A DNA stretch of 64,000 nt from Pecten maximus (lineage: Eukaryota): positions 23,808,001-23,872,000 of the forward strand of contig NC_047030.1 in the NCBI RefSeq assembly GCF_902652985.1. The letters are read 5' to 3'. Below, one piece after another: positions 1-13,164 of the stretch (its first letter is position 1; each line of letters begins with the position of its first letter). Position numbers and translations under genes: made by a program. The notes below the pieces were generated by a model, which had not been told where the DNA came from, did no database searches, and saw only the letters and a list, made by a program, of their open reading frames with translations.

Positions 1-467
1 CATATACTACCCCATACTGTCATATACTACCCCATACTGTCATATACTACCACATACTGTCATATACTACCCCATACTGTCATATACTACCCTATACTGT
101 CATATACTATCCCATAATGTCATATACTACCCCATACTGTAATATACTACCCTATACTGGCACATACTACCCCATACTGTCATATACTACCCCATACTGT
201 CATATACTACCCCATACTGTCATATACTACCCCATACTGTCATATACTATCCCATAATGTCATATACTACCCCATACTGTAATATACTACCCCATACTGT
301 CATATACTATCCCATACTGTCATATACTATCCCATACTGTCATATACTACCCCATACTGTCATATACTACCCCATACTGTCATATACTACCCCATACTGT
401 CACATACTACCCTATACTGTCACATACTACCCCATACTGTCACATACTACCCAACACTGTCACATAC
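1..467. repeat. 20-bp minisatellite (CATATACTACCCCATACTGT)n, ~23 copies, truncated by window start
   Basis: 20-bp periodicity is directly visible. ORF 257..514 is only its translation. Confidence 0.97.
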
Positions 468-1180
468 TTAAGATTCAGGGAGAATTACACACTTGCCTTT
501 CATCTCGGCGTTGATTCCCCGATCGGACGTGTAAAGTTATGGGGTCAACTGCCTGACCACGTGGATTTTACCGGGTGCCTCCATCAGGACGAACAAGAGT
601 GATTATTATAAGCTAGTATATAATTTATTTTGCAATTGTTTTATCTTGCATACACTATAACAACACCTTGTAGTGTTGAATAAGTTATGTCTATATTGAC
701 TGACTCGCAATGTCTTATAGGATGTGTTACGCTGTGGCTTTACATTTTGCTAAGGTTCACTGCGATTCTAGCAGAATGGCTTTTTGCTGGTATGGCTGAT
801 AATGGTTGGTGTATTATTTTCCCATCTCATGTGAAATGGAAACCCCGGTACGAGTTCTCACAGCTACAACTACTACATGTATCTTAGAGAATTGTACGAG
901 ACCCAAGCACGGGAACAGCTGGTTTGAGGCCGACACACAAAGGCGGCCTTTTTGTATCGATCCACTCCTACACTTGTGCATTAAGTGTGTTACGAAACAC
1001 ACATATATCCGATTGATCACTGTACATATGCGCTCTACTGTGCTTGTGTTGCGTGTGTGCAGACTATTTTCCACATGTTAGATATGTGCCCAAGTGTGTA
1101 TCAGTGTGCGCATGTCCACTATATTCCTTAGCATTCTGCTATCGGCATATATATAGAGAGAATATGCGTTAAGTTACACG

Positions 1181-4100
1181 ATGGACAACCGAGAGAAAGG
1201 CCGTTCCCGATGTGGGATGATATTGAGGGCTAATGGCCTTGTGATACTAACCCTGATCGGGGTCACCGTTGGAATGTCGATTGGATTCGGTACAAGACAC
1301 TATCAATTTACCGACTCAGCTGTTATGTGGATAGGTAGGTGTATCAGAACGTTGGCGTATTTGTTTACTTTATGTCAATTGTCAATCTCTCATCATCTAA
1401 AGAATTAACGCTTGTAGCATGTACACTATTCTGTTTGAAAACTGATTAAAATTGTACCCACGGTATGAAAAATTATCTAATATCAACAAATGAAAAACAA
1501 TGAAAATTGTGTCCTAATAATGACAATTTGATAGAATGCAATACAATATAATGTATTATAATAGATAGAATACAATACAAAAATACAATAGAATAATATA
1601 TAAAATATTATGTATTGTAAATAAAATACGATATAATTAGATATTTTACAATAGAATGCAATATGATGTATTATACAATAGAATACAATACAATACAATG
1701 TATTATGCAATTGAATGCAATATAATGTATTATACAATAGAATACAATATAATGTATTATTATACAATAGAATACAATATAATGTATTATTATACAATAG
1801 AATACAATATAATGTATTATACAATAGAATACAATAGAATATGATATTATTAAATAGAATAAAATATAATGTAATGTATTATACAATAGAATACAATACA
1901 ATCAAATGCATTATGCAATAGAAGACAATAAAATGGAATATATTATACAATAGAATACAATACAATATAATGTATTATACAATAGAATACAATGCAATAT
2001 AATTATAATGTATTATACAATATAATACAATGCAATATAATGTATTGTACAATAGAATACAATACAATAGAATATGATATTATACAATAGAATACAATAT
2101 AATGTATTGTACAATATAGCTAGCGCGCAATATGACGTTTGTTTGCAAAGCTCTGGCATCTATATCGACCATAGACACCAAAAAGACAATTTAATCCTTA
2201 GATAGAATACAAAATAATGTATAATACAATAGAATACAATAGAATATGATATTATCAATAAAACACAATACAATATAATGTTTTATACAATAGAATACAA
2301 TACAATCTAATGCATTATACAAAATAATACAATATAACAGAATATGATATTATCCAATAGAATACAATGCAATATAATGTATTATACAATAGAATACAAT
2401 ACAAAATAATGTATTGTGCAATAGAATACAATACAATATGATATTATCAATAGAACACAATACAATATAATATGGTATTATTCAATAGAATACAATACAA
2501 TGGAATATGATATTATACAATAGAATACAATATAGTACAATACAAATACAAAACAATAAGATACAAAGTCGTGTATTTGACTTTCAAAATTGCATTTCTG
2601 TAAAAGACGTGTATATGAAATAAGTAAAGGAGATTATTCAATATCTTTAAGACAGTGTATACTATGTTGAAAAGGACACAGGCCTAAGAGCAGGTGTTTG
2701 GGATAGCCCCTACCTAGCATGCTCCCTTGCTCCATTACATTAAAGCTTAACGATAAAAAGATAGTTATCAATGCATGTTTACTATGACATAATAATTATC
2801 AGAGCTCTTCAATCTGGTTCATATCAATTTCCCTTGGGTTGGGAGGTCTCTCCAATGAAGGTCTGTTCTATGCCACCCCAGTTATATTCTTACAAATGAC
2901 AAATTAATATGAACACAATTTAACTAAAAACAACAATGAACATTACTTACTAAATAAAATAGTAATCGTACTTCCACGTTAAGTAACAGTTTCAGATTGA
3001 TCCATGATATAAAAATATATCATTTATGTAAAAATCACTTTGAGATACTCAGATGAAACTGGCTTACTATTAAACATAAAACACGCGTAAATTAGTTATT
3101 CGTGCAAATTGCTACGTAATCTGTCCATACTATACAAGTGCTTTTGCCATCGGTATTTGTACTTTATAAGAAATAATTAAAACATTAATTTGTCTTAAAT
3201 CGTGCAAAATCACAATAAATTCTGCTAGTCTCTTTATATAAACAGGACCTAATTTCGTTACAAATATTACATTCAATCAGAAAATGAGTATTCATCCTCT
3301 GAACAGTCATTTATGTTTCTGTATCTATGTGCAATTCTGTACTGGAATCACAGGTTAAGTGCATCTGCCAAAGATGGAGAATCACAAAGAAAATGAATAA
3401 AAGGCCAATTAACACATATATTGGTGGCAGGCACTGTGTTACAGTGTTACAGCACATGATCTAGCGCTACAAAACAACCTAGAACATCTACAGAACTGTA
3501 AACGTCAATTTCGTTGGTAAGGCCAAAAAAGAACTTACACCGGAAATGTCTGAATAAATAAACAAATTAAAAATCAGTCTCTTATCACACAGCACTGTAA
3601 ATCAATAGTGATCTATCGAAGCCCAAAGTAACGATCATTACAGATTAATCCCCAACTTTCCTTGTATACTTTCACCACTCAACTTTTTGGCATGATGCTA
3701 TAAACTGTTGGGTCACGCCAACCACCTGAAAAGGACTCTGCGTTGATTCTTCTGTCTGACTAATTTTACGAATGGTTATGGTAAGTTTACAAATGGTTAT
3801 GATATCATACCATAACCATTCGTAAAATTAGTCAGCCAAACGAGTCAATGCAGAGTCCTTTTTAGTTGGTGGACTATCGATTCGTTTATACACTGGCCTA
3901 CTTCTGCTGTTAAAGTTTTACCGGGTTAGCTTGTTTTCGTGGTACACATTTGACTATTTTTATTTGCTGTCAACAGCTTTCTGTAAATAACTGCCTTGTA
4001 TAACAACAGCACACTTTCATTTGGAACCCGCGGTGGCCGAGTGGTTAAGGTGTTCCGACACTTTATCACTAGACCTCCACCTCTTGTTTGCGAGTTCGAA

Positions 4101-7100
4101 ACCTACGTGAGGCAGTTGCCAAGAACTGGCCGTAGGCCGGTGGTTTTTCTCCGGGTACTCCGGCTTTCCTCCACCTCTAAGACTTGGCACATCCTTAAAT
4201 GACCCTGGCTGTTAATAGGACTTTAAATAAAATAAACTAAACAAAATAATTTGCAAACCTCTTTCACGAGCAAAAGTAGTTAAATTTGAATCACACGTGA
4301 CGTGTAACGCTGTACACAAGAGCACTAAATATGAAAGTATCGGCTTTCGTTCAAGTCATCACAAGGGATGTGTGTCGCGTGTGACGTATTATTCCTTTCA
4401 TCGTTTTTATAGGTACCATTGTTATATATATTAATTTTGTCTCCTAACGTCATTATGTTTAGTACCATTATGAACGATCGGCATTCTCGCACCTGCATTA
4501 ACAATTCATATCTTAAATAAAGATATTAGCTCTGTTCCACTATGGAAAACCAAATATTCATGAGTTAAAAAGGTGTGTTTGTATTACATACTACACAAAG
4601 GCTACTTAGCTCGTCTCGCCTTCAACGGATGATAATATTCCATGACATGCATTAAACATGGCTTTTGTCAGTTTAACACTCGACTTCATCTCGGGTTTTT
4701 GATATAGTAGACATGAACAGGCACGATATTCCACCATTACATACACTGCAATAATCAGCCGAGGTGGAAAAAAACGGGGACAAAATGGTCATTCACACCA
4801 TATTGCACACATCACTCTAAACAGCAATCTGAGCTTGGTTATTTATTTGTTTGCTGGGTTTATCGCCCCGTGAACAGCAAGGGTCATTTTGAGGTGGTGT
4901 TTCCTTGTAGTAGTTGGTGACTACCTCACTGAACAACACACAGAGACCCGTCGCATGCCATCCAGAGCAATTAGGGTAAAGTGTGCTATCCAAGGACATA
5001 ACCACGACAGCAGAGACCAGTTAATTTCTAAGCTTCCCGAGAAACACAATCCGACGCGGGTATGAGTCGAAACATGCACCTCGGATCTTCACCTAAGGTT
5101 ACGTGGCCGGTGCTCTAACCGCGGTGGCTGAGTGGTTAAAGTGTTCCGACACTTTATTACTAGCCCTCCACCTCTGGGTTGCGAGTTCGAGACCTACGTG
5201 GGGCAGTTACCTGGTACTGACCATGGGCCGGTGGTTTTTCTCCGGGTACTCCGGCTTTCCTCCACCTCCAAAACCTGGCACGTCCTTAAATGACCCTGGC
5301 TGTTAATAGGGCGTTAAATTAAACAACCAAACCAAACTCTAACCGACTGAGCCTGAGCTGGGATCTCGTTATCTGAGAAGAATACCTTATTATTCATCAT
5401 TAAATATATTGTACCTCCTCTTTCTCTTTTAAATCTAGGCATGGTTGGTGAACTCTACCTACGTATTCTGAAGATGATGATAGTTCCGCTTATTATAACA
5501 GCTATTATTTCTGGTAAGTCTGGACTTCCTTTTGACTTTCTGCTCTAAAAATCAATAAATATGTACATACGTATATAATACATAGCAATGGTTACATGTA
5601 TTATGAATAATTATAAGATGATTTGCATATTTATGTTAACGTATTATATGTATTAGGTTGTATATTTCCGTTTATATAGGTACATGTACAATAACGGGTC
5701 ATTGTGTAGATGAAAGAAAACATCTGTATATATTACAGGGTGATAGATTCTATCGCACATAATTACACTTTGCTATCACAGTTATCGGCATAACATGTGT
5801 CAGCTCTGTAGGTGTATTGTAAATCACTGTTTGTTTTCTTTATTTTCCCCCAATTTTTAACCTAGACTACACCTGTGACTTATTTCAACTCATCTGTAGA
5901 AATGCGTGTATTTTGTCTTCTGTCTTATGAAGAAGGATTTTGTTACACAACCATTGAATTTTTAAACGTGACGTTTCGATGAATAGTACGGTATGTACAC
6001 TGCCACCTTCATCAGAGAAATGACCGAGGCAGCAAGTTATTTTATGCCATGGTGCAGCGTCCGTCGTCCATCAATATTTCTTTGTATAAACGGAGGGTGT
6101 GTGACTCTCCTGGGGCCGAAGGGACGGGGCTCAAATGGGGAAATTAAGTTAAATCCTTTAGATTGCTACTAGTCCTGAAAGCCTGAATGGATTCTGATGA
6201 AATTTGGTCTGGATCATTATTTGGCAAAAGAGATCAAGCGTTGGATAAATGGAGGGTGTGGCTACCATGGGACTGGAGGTGCGGGACCAATTAGCGAAAT
6301 TGTTAATCCTTTAAATTAATCGTATGACAGAATATTTCGATATTTTTCACTCGTGCTTCGCACTCGTAAAAATATCGATATTCTGTCATACTCGTGAAAT
6401 ATATTAAACGGGAAACCATTCAATATCCTCTATATATCAAAATAAATGTTTAAATCTCTGCACGTCTTTATTGTCTTTGTTTTATCGTTACTTTTTACGC
6501 TTGAGTAAGCTACATTATTTCCTTTTTACAGTAACATCCTCGATGGACCCCAAATCTAACGGTCGGATCAGTGCTGTATGCGTTGTGTACACCCTCATTA
6601 GTAATTTCATACCCACTGTCCTTGGCTGTGTATTCGGTATAGTAATAGGACCAGGTAAGTGTTTATAACATTGTAGCAGGCAGGTAAGTAATTCGAGTAC
6701 AACACAAACCAAACGTGACTACATTTTCAAATATATTCTCTTTTATTTCGGGTAAGGCTAAAATGAATCATTCAAACATGACGTAAACACAGCTATCCTT
6801 AAAAACTTAGCACGAGGTTTCGTATGCGGAAAATGACAATCGTTAATTCTAATCACGAACCCGTGCACTTCGTATATATATTCAGTAAATGTGCAAGTGT
6901 AGTATATCGGGGGGAGGGGGGGGGGGGGGGGGGGGGGTATAAATATGGATGTTGACAGAACCTGTTAATCCCTATTTGGTGGTTAACCCGTTCACAGTCA
7001 GACACAAATACAATAAATGACTCCGAACGTTCTGTAGCTATAAAATCATTATAATGAATGTATCTGCCTTACGGTTAAAACTGATTTTCTCTCATGTAGA

Positions 7101-10100
7101 AGTACAACATATGTGTTCAATGTTTTATCTCCTTTATCTAGTTTTCTATCATATACTTCAACACCTCTAGCGATGTGAACGTGATCGCCTCTAACGTTTT
7201 CCCAGAAAAATCAATCAAACGAATACTTAAATGTTTGTAAAAATTATATAGACACATACTAATGGTTTATGTTACCTGTGGGCATTTATATTGATTTTTC
7301 TCAGTCGAGAGCTGGCAATCTGTAACAAAGTCTCATTCGAGGTTTGGACGGCAATGAAATGTTGTTTGGTGAAGGTTTCTCCTTAAATGTGTGCATAAAA
7401 CTGCATTTAGTGCGTATAAACCATTTCTATTTTCGAAAGGGTTTATATTTTCGACCAAATTACCTCCCTTTTGGTTTACGCGACAGGCAATTTAAAAGGA
7501 CGTCATTTTGATTATGACGTTACTTTAAGCAAAATGTCACGTAAACGTTCAAGATAGATCAGATGAGACAGAAAACCTAGCACTGGGACTAGCGAGTAGA
7601 GATGTCTCATGTCTCATTAACGAGAAATACTTGAATCCACGCATATTAATACTTGGAAAGGGTTCTGAGAACTATAACCCGCAATTCAGACACCAGTTAT
7701 TTATTTGTTAATAAGTTACGCTTGCGCATACTATCACTATAACATAAACTAGTAATCAAGCAAAGCATTTCATTTCCCTATTTAGCTTCTTTTAAAACAT
7801 TTCTTTCGTGGTATTGAGTAAAGACAAGTCATGACGCACAGAGTTGCTTCCAACTTTGCATTCTTCTCTCTTTGTCACGCGTCTGCCATACGTTTTATAA
7901 ATTGTAAGTAGGCTTAGCGCGACTCATTTGGAGATTATGTTCCAACCTTTTCAAATCTAGGCTATGCAGTCAAGGGAAGATCCATAGAAGTGGAACATCT
8001 ATCCAATCTCACTTCCTCCATGGACACTAGTGATATTTTGGCCGACCTGTTACGGTAACGCTCACATGCATTACTGAGTGTTTCTCTTTGACACTTATTC
8101 AATACGCTGTATGTTGAACTATCATTAATTCATATGAATAAATATCATTCTTGGTGTAAGTTTTGTTATTGTTTAACTCCTATTAAACCTTTTTAATTAT
8201 TAATAACACCAAGAAAGAGGATGAAGGTATCATTATATGTTTATAATTTATGTTGGTTTCATCTCATTCTTTCAGGAATTTCTTTCCAGACAATCTCATT
8301 GAGGCCACGTTTCTACAGGTAGGTCCAACACTATAACAGAGCCCAAACGTGTTATATGTATCTATACTTATCTCGTTTAACTGTAGTTACTCCCCTTCCA
8401 ATATAAATATACCCTAGGATTATTTTTAATGATTAGTAAAAAATGCTGATAATGAATGGCATATCGACTTAATATATCATTCTTTACTGATAAAGAACCG
8501 ATAGTTTCCCATAAGTGTTTACAATCTGATTGAAATACATCTCTTCAATACGCTTACGCTAAGCGTATTGATGAGATATATTTTAATCAGATTGAAGTGT
8601 TTATGTAATATCTTATACCTTAGACAATTATGTAAGTACTAAGTGATATGTATAATCACAACTAAACACATTTTAGTTAATTTCACAGTTTTAAGGTGAA
8701 AAACGTGTATGTCCACATTAGTCTAAACTGAAGTCGATATGAATATCATTTGATTAATTTAATATATGTGTTTTGATTCATTTTTTTGTTTATGTCAAAT
8801 TTATTGTGTAACTATAACCTTGAAATGCCTTTCACAAGGATAAACACCCCTTTCCGATATCTGACATCCACATTTCAGACGCAGACAACTTACAGTGTAG
8901 AGATATCTGTTCAATCACAGATAACAGTTAACCGAACTTCTCTTAATGACACAAGGATACGACGCCTGACAACGGTCAGAAGTCCAAATATCTTAGGTAA
9001 ACATGACGAATTTATTAATTTTTATATAAACTCCACAGCTCTAATACGGCATTTATTTTTTTATTTTTTTTTTTTTTTTTTTATTCCTGGCACAGATCTT
9101 TTGTTTTTTCTTACAAAGTAATGGTAGAAAAGACACACAGTTGAATACACAGTTGTACTTTTACATATGACTTTAATTATTAGCTCACTTGGTCCGAATA
9201 AACGGTCCGTCCGTCCCCTGTCATCATATCTTTTACATCGCTACTACTCCTGAACGCCCGAATGAACTTTGATAAAATTTGGTCTGGATCCTTATTAGGC
9301 AAAGAAGATATAATGTAGTATAAACGGAGGGTGTGTCACCGTTGGGGCCGGAGAGACAGGGCTCAATAACGGGAAATCATTGAAATCCCTACTAGTCCAG
9401 AAAGACTAAGTGAGTTTAATGAAATTTGGTCTGGAGCATAATTTTGCAAATGGAGATTTAAGGTTGTGTAAACTGAAGGTGTGACTCCCCCGGGACCGGA
9501 TGCACTATTGGGCGTACACCTGTACATGTACCTGTCCTTCTAGGATTCGTTAGTGATGCTAGGGTGGATACAGGGATAAGGAAATCAAAAAGGTCCTAAG
9601 CCAGTGTTAAAATATAGAAAGGGAGGCACATTACACCATAATTGATACATTTAAATAAATCATTCCAAGCAACAACAAAAAAATGTGCATTCAAAATAAC
9701 ACAAGACCTTCTGTAGTTAATGAATAAATATTCAATCTATTAATTCCAGTCAATTTAAGATATTTTTTATTCGATTTTATCAGGATTGGTGGTGGTATGC
9801 ACTTTGTTTGGGATAGCTTCTGGCGTCCTTCGTGACGTCGGTAAACCCTTCAAAGCTTTCGTTGATGCTGCAAGTGAAATCATAATGCAGGTTCTGAGAT
9901 GGATCATGTGGTAATGTGTTTGCTTTGGTGCCAAACCTATCATATAATGAAATGAGAATGAAAAATGAATATATTGTTGTTGAAATTGAGTATTTTCAAA
10001 AGGTCAATAAATACTCTTACTTCTAGCTTTAGTTCATTCTTACAGTTACATAAGTTAAACACTCACTGAAAACAACTTAAAAATAAACGCATTAAACGTC

Positions 10101-13100
10101 TATTTTGCAAAAAGAATTTATATTACACAACGCATTAGAAACTTTTTTATTTTGTATGTGTATCCTTCTTTGTATGTGCTAGATATAAAACGATGTACTT
10201 TGTTTTTCCTAGGTTGACGCCCATTGGAGTGGCAAGTCTAATCGCTAAGACCATATGCGCTGCTGACAACATATCAGAAGACTTCCAGAAGTTAGGCATG
10301 TTCATCTTAGCGGCTACAACAGGAATGACTGTATGTGGTCTGATAATACCCATCAGCTACCTCCTTTTACGGAGGGCAAATCCGTTTACCTTTCTGTTGT
10401 CTCTTTCCCAGCCGATCCTGATGGCATTTGCAACAGCAAATTCGTATGTATCTTTCTAATAGTATACTTCTGTATATCTAATGAAAAGTATGTATATCAA
10501 TATATATTTAAATGTAGGGATATATATATTCGTGTATGGTTTAGTTTCAAAACCTCATTCATATGATGTGTCTTAAAGAGCTGTACGGGCTCATGACGTA
10601 TGTACGTGATAGGGATCACGGATTTAAAAATCGCGTCTTCAGAATATTGCAAACACCCGTCTGAGATTAATAAACGCTATTTGTATGTATAAGGCTCAGT
10701 AAAACCAAGTTTATGTAAAAATGTACAGTAGATCGTGCTAGACAATGTAACAAACTTTGCCTGTAGCCTGCTCGGCATGTGCGATATCATAGAACATCCA
10801 TGTTCCCGGCTATCAACTCTATATCATGTGATCACCCAATGTGTTGGTATCTTTCTTTTAGATGTTTTGTTTGAGGTTTGCGTTGTTTTGTGTATTGTTG
10901 TGTGTGATGTTTTGTGCGACCTTTTTGCGTGACGTTTCGATTGACGTCTAGTGTGTAATATCGTGTGGCGTTTTGTTTTGTTTTTATGACTTTCTGTATA
11001 TTGTTTTGTGTGGTATTGTGTGTATTGTTTTGTGTGGTATTGTGTGTATTGTTTTGTGTGGTATTGTGTGTATTGTTTTGTGTGGAATTGTGTGTATTGT
11101 TTTGTGTGACGTTTTGTGTGGTATTGTGTGTATTGTTTTGTGTGATATTGTGTGTATTGTTTTGTGTGATATTGTGTGTTTTGTTTTGTGTATTATTTTG
11201 TGTGACTTTTAGTGTGGTGTTTTGTATATTATTTTGTGTGACTTTTCGTGTGCCGTTTTGTATGACTGGTATGGTTTATTGAGCGTAACGTTTTGCAGTG
11301 TTTTCTGGGTTGGTATGCGTGCCGTTTCGTATGACGTTTTCTGTGACATTTTATTCAATGTTTTATGTGATATTTCTGTTCCAGACCGATCACTATGCCT
11401 GCTGTGATGACTATTCTAGAGACCGAACATGCTGTAGACAAGAGGGTATCACGATTTGTTATGCCATTTGTAATGACGCTAAGCCGATCGGGCACTGCCT
11501 TCTACATCGCCGTGTCGTCCATCTTTGTCTGCCAGATGCTAGGGACCACTCTTAACGCACCTACGGTCATGCTCATATGGTAAGCATTGATTGTGTGTGA
11601 CGACATCAACGGATTTGATTAATGGTTCATTCTCTTCCTGGTCGGCAATCTCTTATCCTGTATGTCGTCATCATGTTTCGGATATGAATGCATTTTTGGC
11701 TATGCATCTTCTACAATAAACGTCAAAGAATAATAGTTTTACCATACGTTNNNNNNNNNNNNNNNNNNNNNNNNNNNNNNNNNNNNNNNNNNNNNNNNNN
11801 NNNNNNNNNNNNNNNNNNNNNNNNNNNNNNNNNNNNNNNNNNNNNNNNNNNNNNNNNNNNNNNNNNNNNNNNNNNNNNNGTATGCTGTATGCTATGTATT
11901 CTATATATGTTATGAATGCTATGTAAGATACAGTCAGATAAAAGGTTACCCTATATACGTAATATAGATCAAAGCTTTACTGAATGGTTTTTCTACGTTT
12001 CGATATCACATATTACAAACCTTTCCGTTTCGTTTGAAGTCTTTTAACAACAATAACATCTACTGGAATGCCTCCCGTTCCCTCCTCTGCACTGATGGGG
12101 GTAATCATTGTTGTGGCAGCTCTCAATATACCGACCGAGGCAGTCACTCTGCTTTACACATTCGACTGGCTTTTGTGAGTATTATTTATTATCGCCTATG
12201 GTCCTTACCCTTATGATATACGATGTTTTAGACAATTTCCCAGTGACATGCATCCATACGCTGCAATTGGAAACAAAAAGATACATTTGATGTTTATTAA
12301 TATTCCGTTAGAGCGTGATGAAAATCTGTGTATCCATATAGCTTTTACACACACAAACATATGGCGGATAGTCAAGTGTTCGTTCTGCTGGAACAAAATT
12401 GTTTCTCACGAAATATGAAAGGAGTGTTGAGCATACCAAATGTTAAGCAACTCATCAAGAACGGTCCTCGACTTTTATTAGTATTATCCAAAAGAAAATA
12501 TGATATAATCGTCACTATACGATGGCTTGAATGTACACAAAAATACACAAACTAAATTCTACAAAATTATAAAATACAGACTCAATACAAATATATATCA
12601 AATCTTAGAGAACGAGCAAATAAAGGGGTCCTGATAGAATATGTGCCACATCAACCACATATATTGAAAATAGATTTATTTTCGAGCGCGTTTAATTTTC
12701 GCGTATTTGACAGGTGTTTCGAATTCGCGAAAATTAATCGCCGCGAAAAAGTATAAATCACAGATACAGTATGTTTTCTATGACTGTAAATGGCGACAAT
12801 AAATCGCCGCGTAAGGCATGAAAACGCGGATTTAAGTCCCCGCAAAAATAAGCTGATTTACAGTAATGCACGTGTGCACCCCTCGTATGTCCTCCGTCAG
12901 CTGTTATATATCAGTATCAGTTTATAGAAAATCTTACTATCACAATCTCAGTGTTTTTACTGGTTTTCAAACGTAACGATATTTATTTTACTTTTACAGA
13001 GACCGTATACGAACCATCGTGAATTTGATGTTCCAAGCATTTGCAGCAATACTGACACAGGATCTATGTGGGAAATATCTGCCGTCTCTTCCTGGTGATA

Positions 13101-13138
13101 ATGATGTGTTTCGAAAGTTTGACAAAGACATTCCCTAA
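1181..13138 (+). CDS. SLC1 / excitatory amino acid transporter family protein, 11 coding exons, 477 aa, divergent ion-binding motifs
   Basis: Exons 1181-1334, 5439-5513, 6532-6654, 7961-8054, 8276-8318, 8879-8996, 9784-9910, 10213-10443, 11385-11579, 12040-12174, 13000-13138. All GT-AG with compatible phases; 1434 nt open to TAA. Family motifs: GELYLRILKMMIVPLII, ADLLRNFFPDNLIEATF, PNILGLVV, WIMWLTPIGVASLIA, AFATANS, VDKRVSRFVMP, FDWLLDRIRT. Confidence 0.93.
1530..2560. repeat. Degenerate AATAC/AATAT-type low-complexity repeat in SLC1 intron 1
   Basis: Recurrent TATTATACAATAGAATACAATATAATG units. Explains the Y/C/I-rich ORFs at 1483-1901. Confidence 0.9.
3718..3875. mobile_element. Small foldback/MITE-like element
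   Basis: About 60-bp imperfect inverted repeats (AAAAGGACTCTGC...CTGACTAATTTTACGAATGGTTATGGTA and its reverse complement). Right end reads ...GGTGGACTA. No clear TSD. Confidence 0.6.
4028..4245 (+). mobile_element. tRNA-derived SINE, V-domain type
   Basis: A box TGGCCGAGTGG, B box GAGTTCGAAAC, central TTCTCCGGGTACTCCGGCTTTCCTCCAC, A-rich tail. Closely similar to the copies at 5119 and 24139. Confidence 0.88.
4838..5355 (-). mobile_element. tRNA-derived SINE, CORE type, interrupted by a V-type SINE
   Basis: Minus strand: head GCTCAGTCGGTTAGAG|CACCGGCCACG, CORE-like GTCCTTGGATAGCACACTTTACCCTAATTGCT, tail AAATGACCCTTGCTGTT...AAAC. Related copies near 16650, 21380, 30860 and 47620. Confidence 0.8.
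5119..5336 (+). mobile_element. V-type tRNA SINE nested in the CORE-SINE head
   Basis: Full head, core and tail; flanked by direct repeat CTCTAACCG (5113-5121 and 5337-5345). Confidence 0.9.
6030..6432. mobile_element. Interspersed repeat fragments: HINE-like body plus a CACTCGTG-containing hairpin element end
   Basis: CGTCCGTCGTCC start, and GAAATTTGGTCTGGATC / AAACGGAGGGTGTG units shared with 9178-9500. Hairpin GTATGACAGAATAT...ATATTCTGTCATAC near 6323-6392. Confidence 0.55.
8522..8594. mobile_element. 73-bp palindromic micro-element with 9-bp TSD (CAATC family)
   Basis: 35-bp arms with 3 mismatches and loop CGC. Flanked by AAGTGTTTA at 8513-8521 and 8595-8603. Confidence 0.9.
9178..9500 (+). 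mobile_element. HINE/pearl-like non-autonomous element, partial
   Basis: Begins TATTAGCTCAC, then CGTCCGTCC microsatellite. Internal repeated AAATTTGGTCTGGA units are shared with 6030-6310. Confidence 0.6.
10860..11370. repeat. (TTGTG)-rich degenerate 24-bp minisatellite in SLC1 intron 8
   Basis: Units TATTGTTTTGTGTGGTATTGTGTG. Explains the VLFC-type ORFs. Confidence 0.9.
12670..12865. mobile_element. Mariner/pogo-type MITE remnant
   Basis: TTTCGCG/CGCGAAA motifs and right end TTTACAG-TA. Same style as 22835-23064 and 59907-60111. Confidence 0.55.
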
Positions 13139-13164
13139 TATCAATCAGTCTATCGAAATACATA

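Noticed and set aside
481-640. Old SINE-like remnant; also a possible older repeat split by the Harbinger at 18040-18073 / 19531-19630
   Set aside because: Too degenerate to delimit or classify by eye.
4028-4110. tRNA genes at the SINE heads (also 5119, 24139, 47622)
   Set aside because: A/B boxes run into SINE core and tail; no complete cloverleaf is evident.
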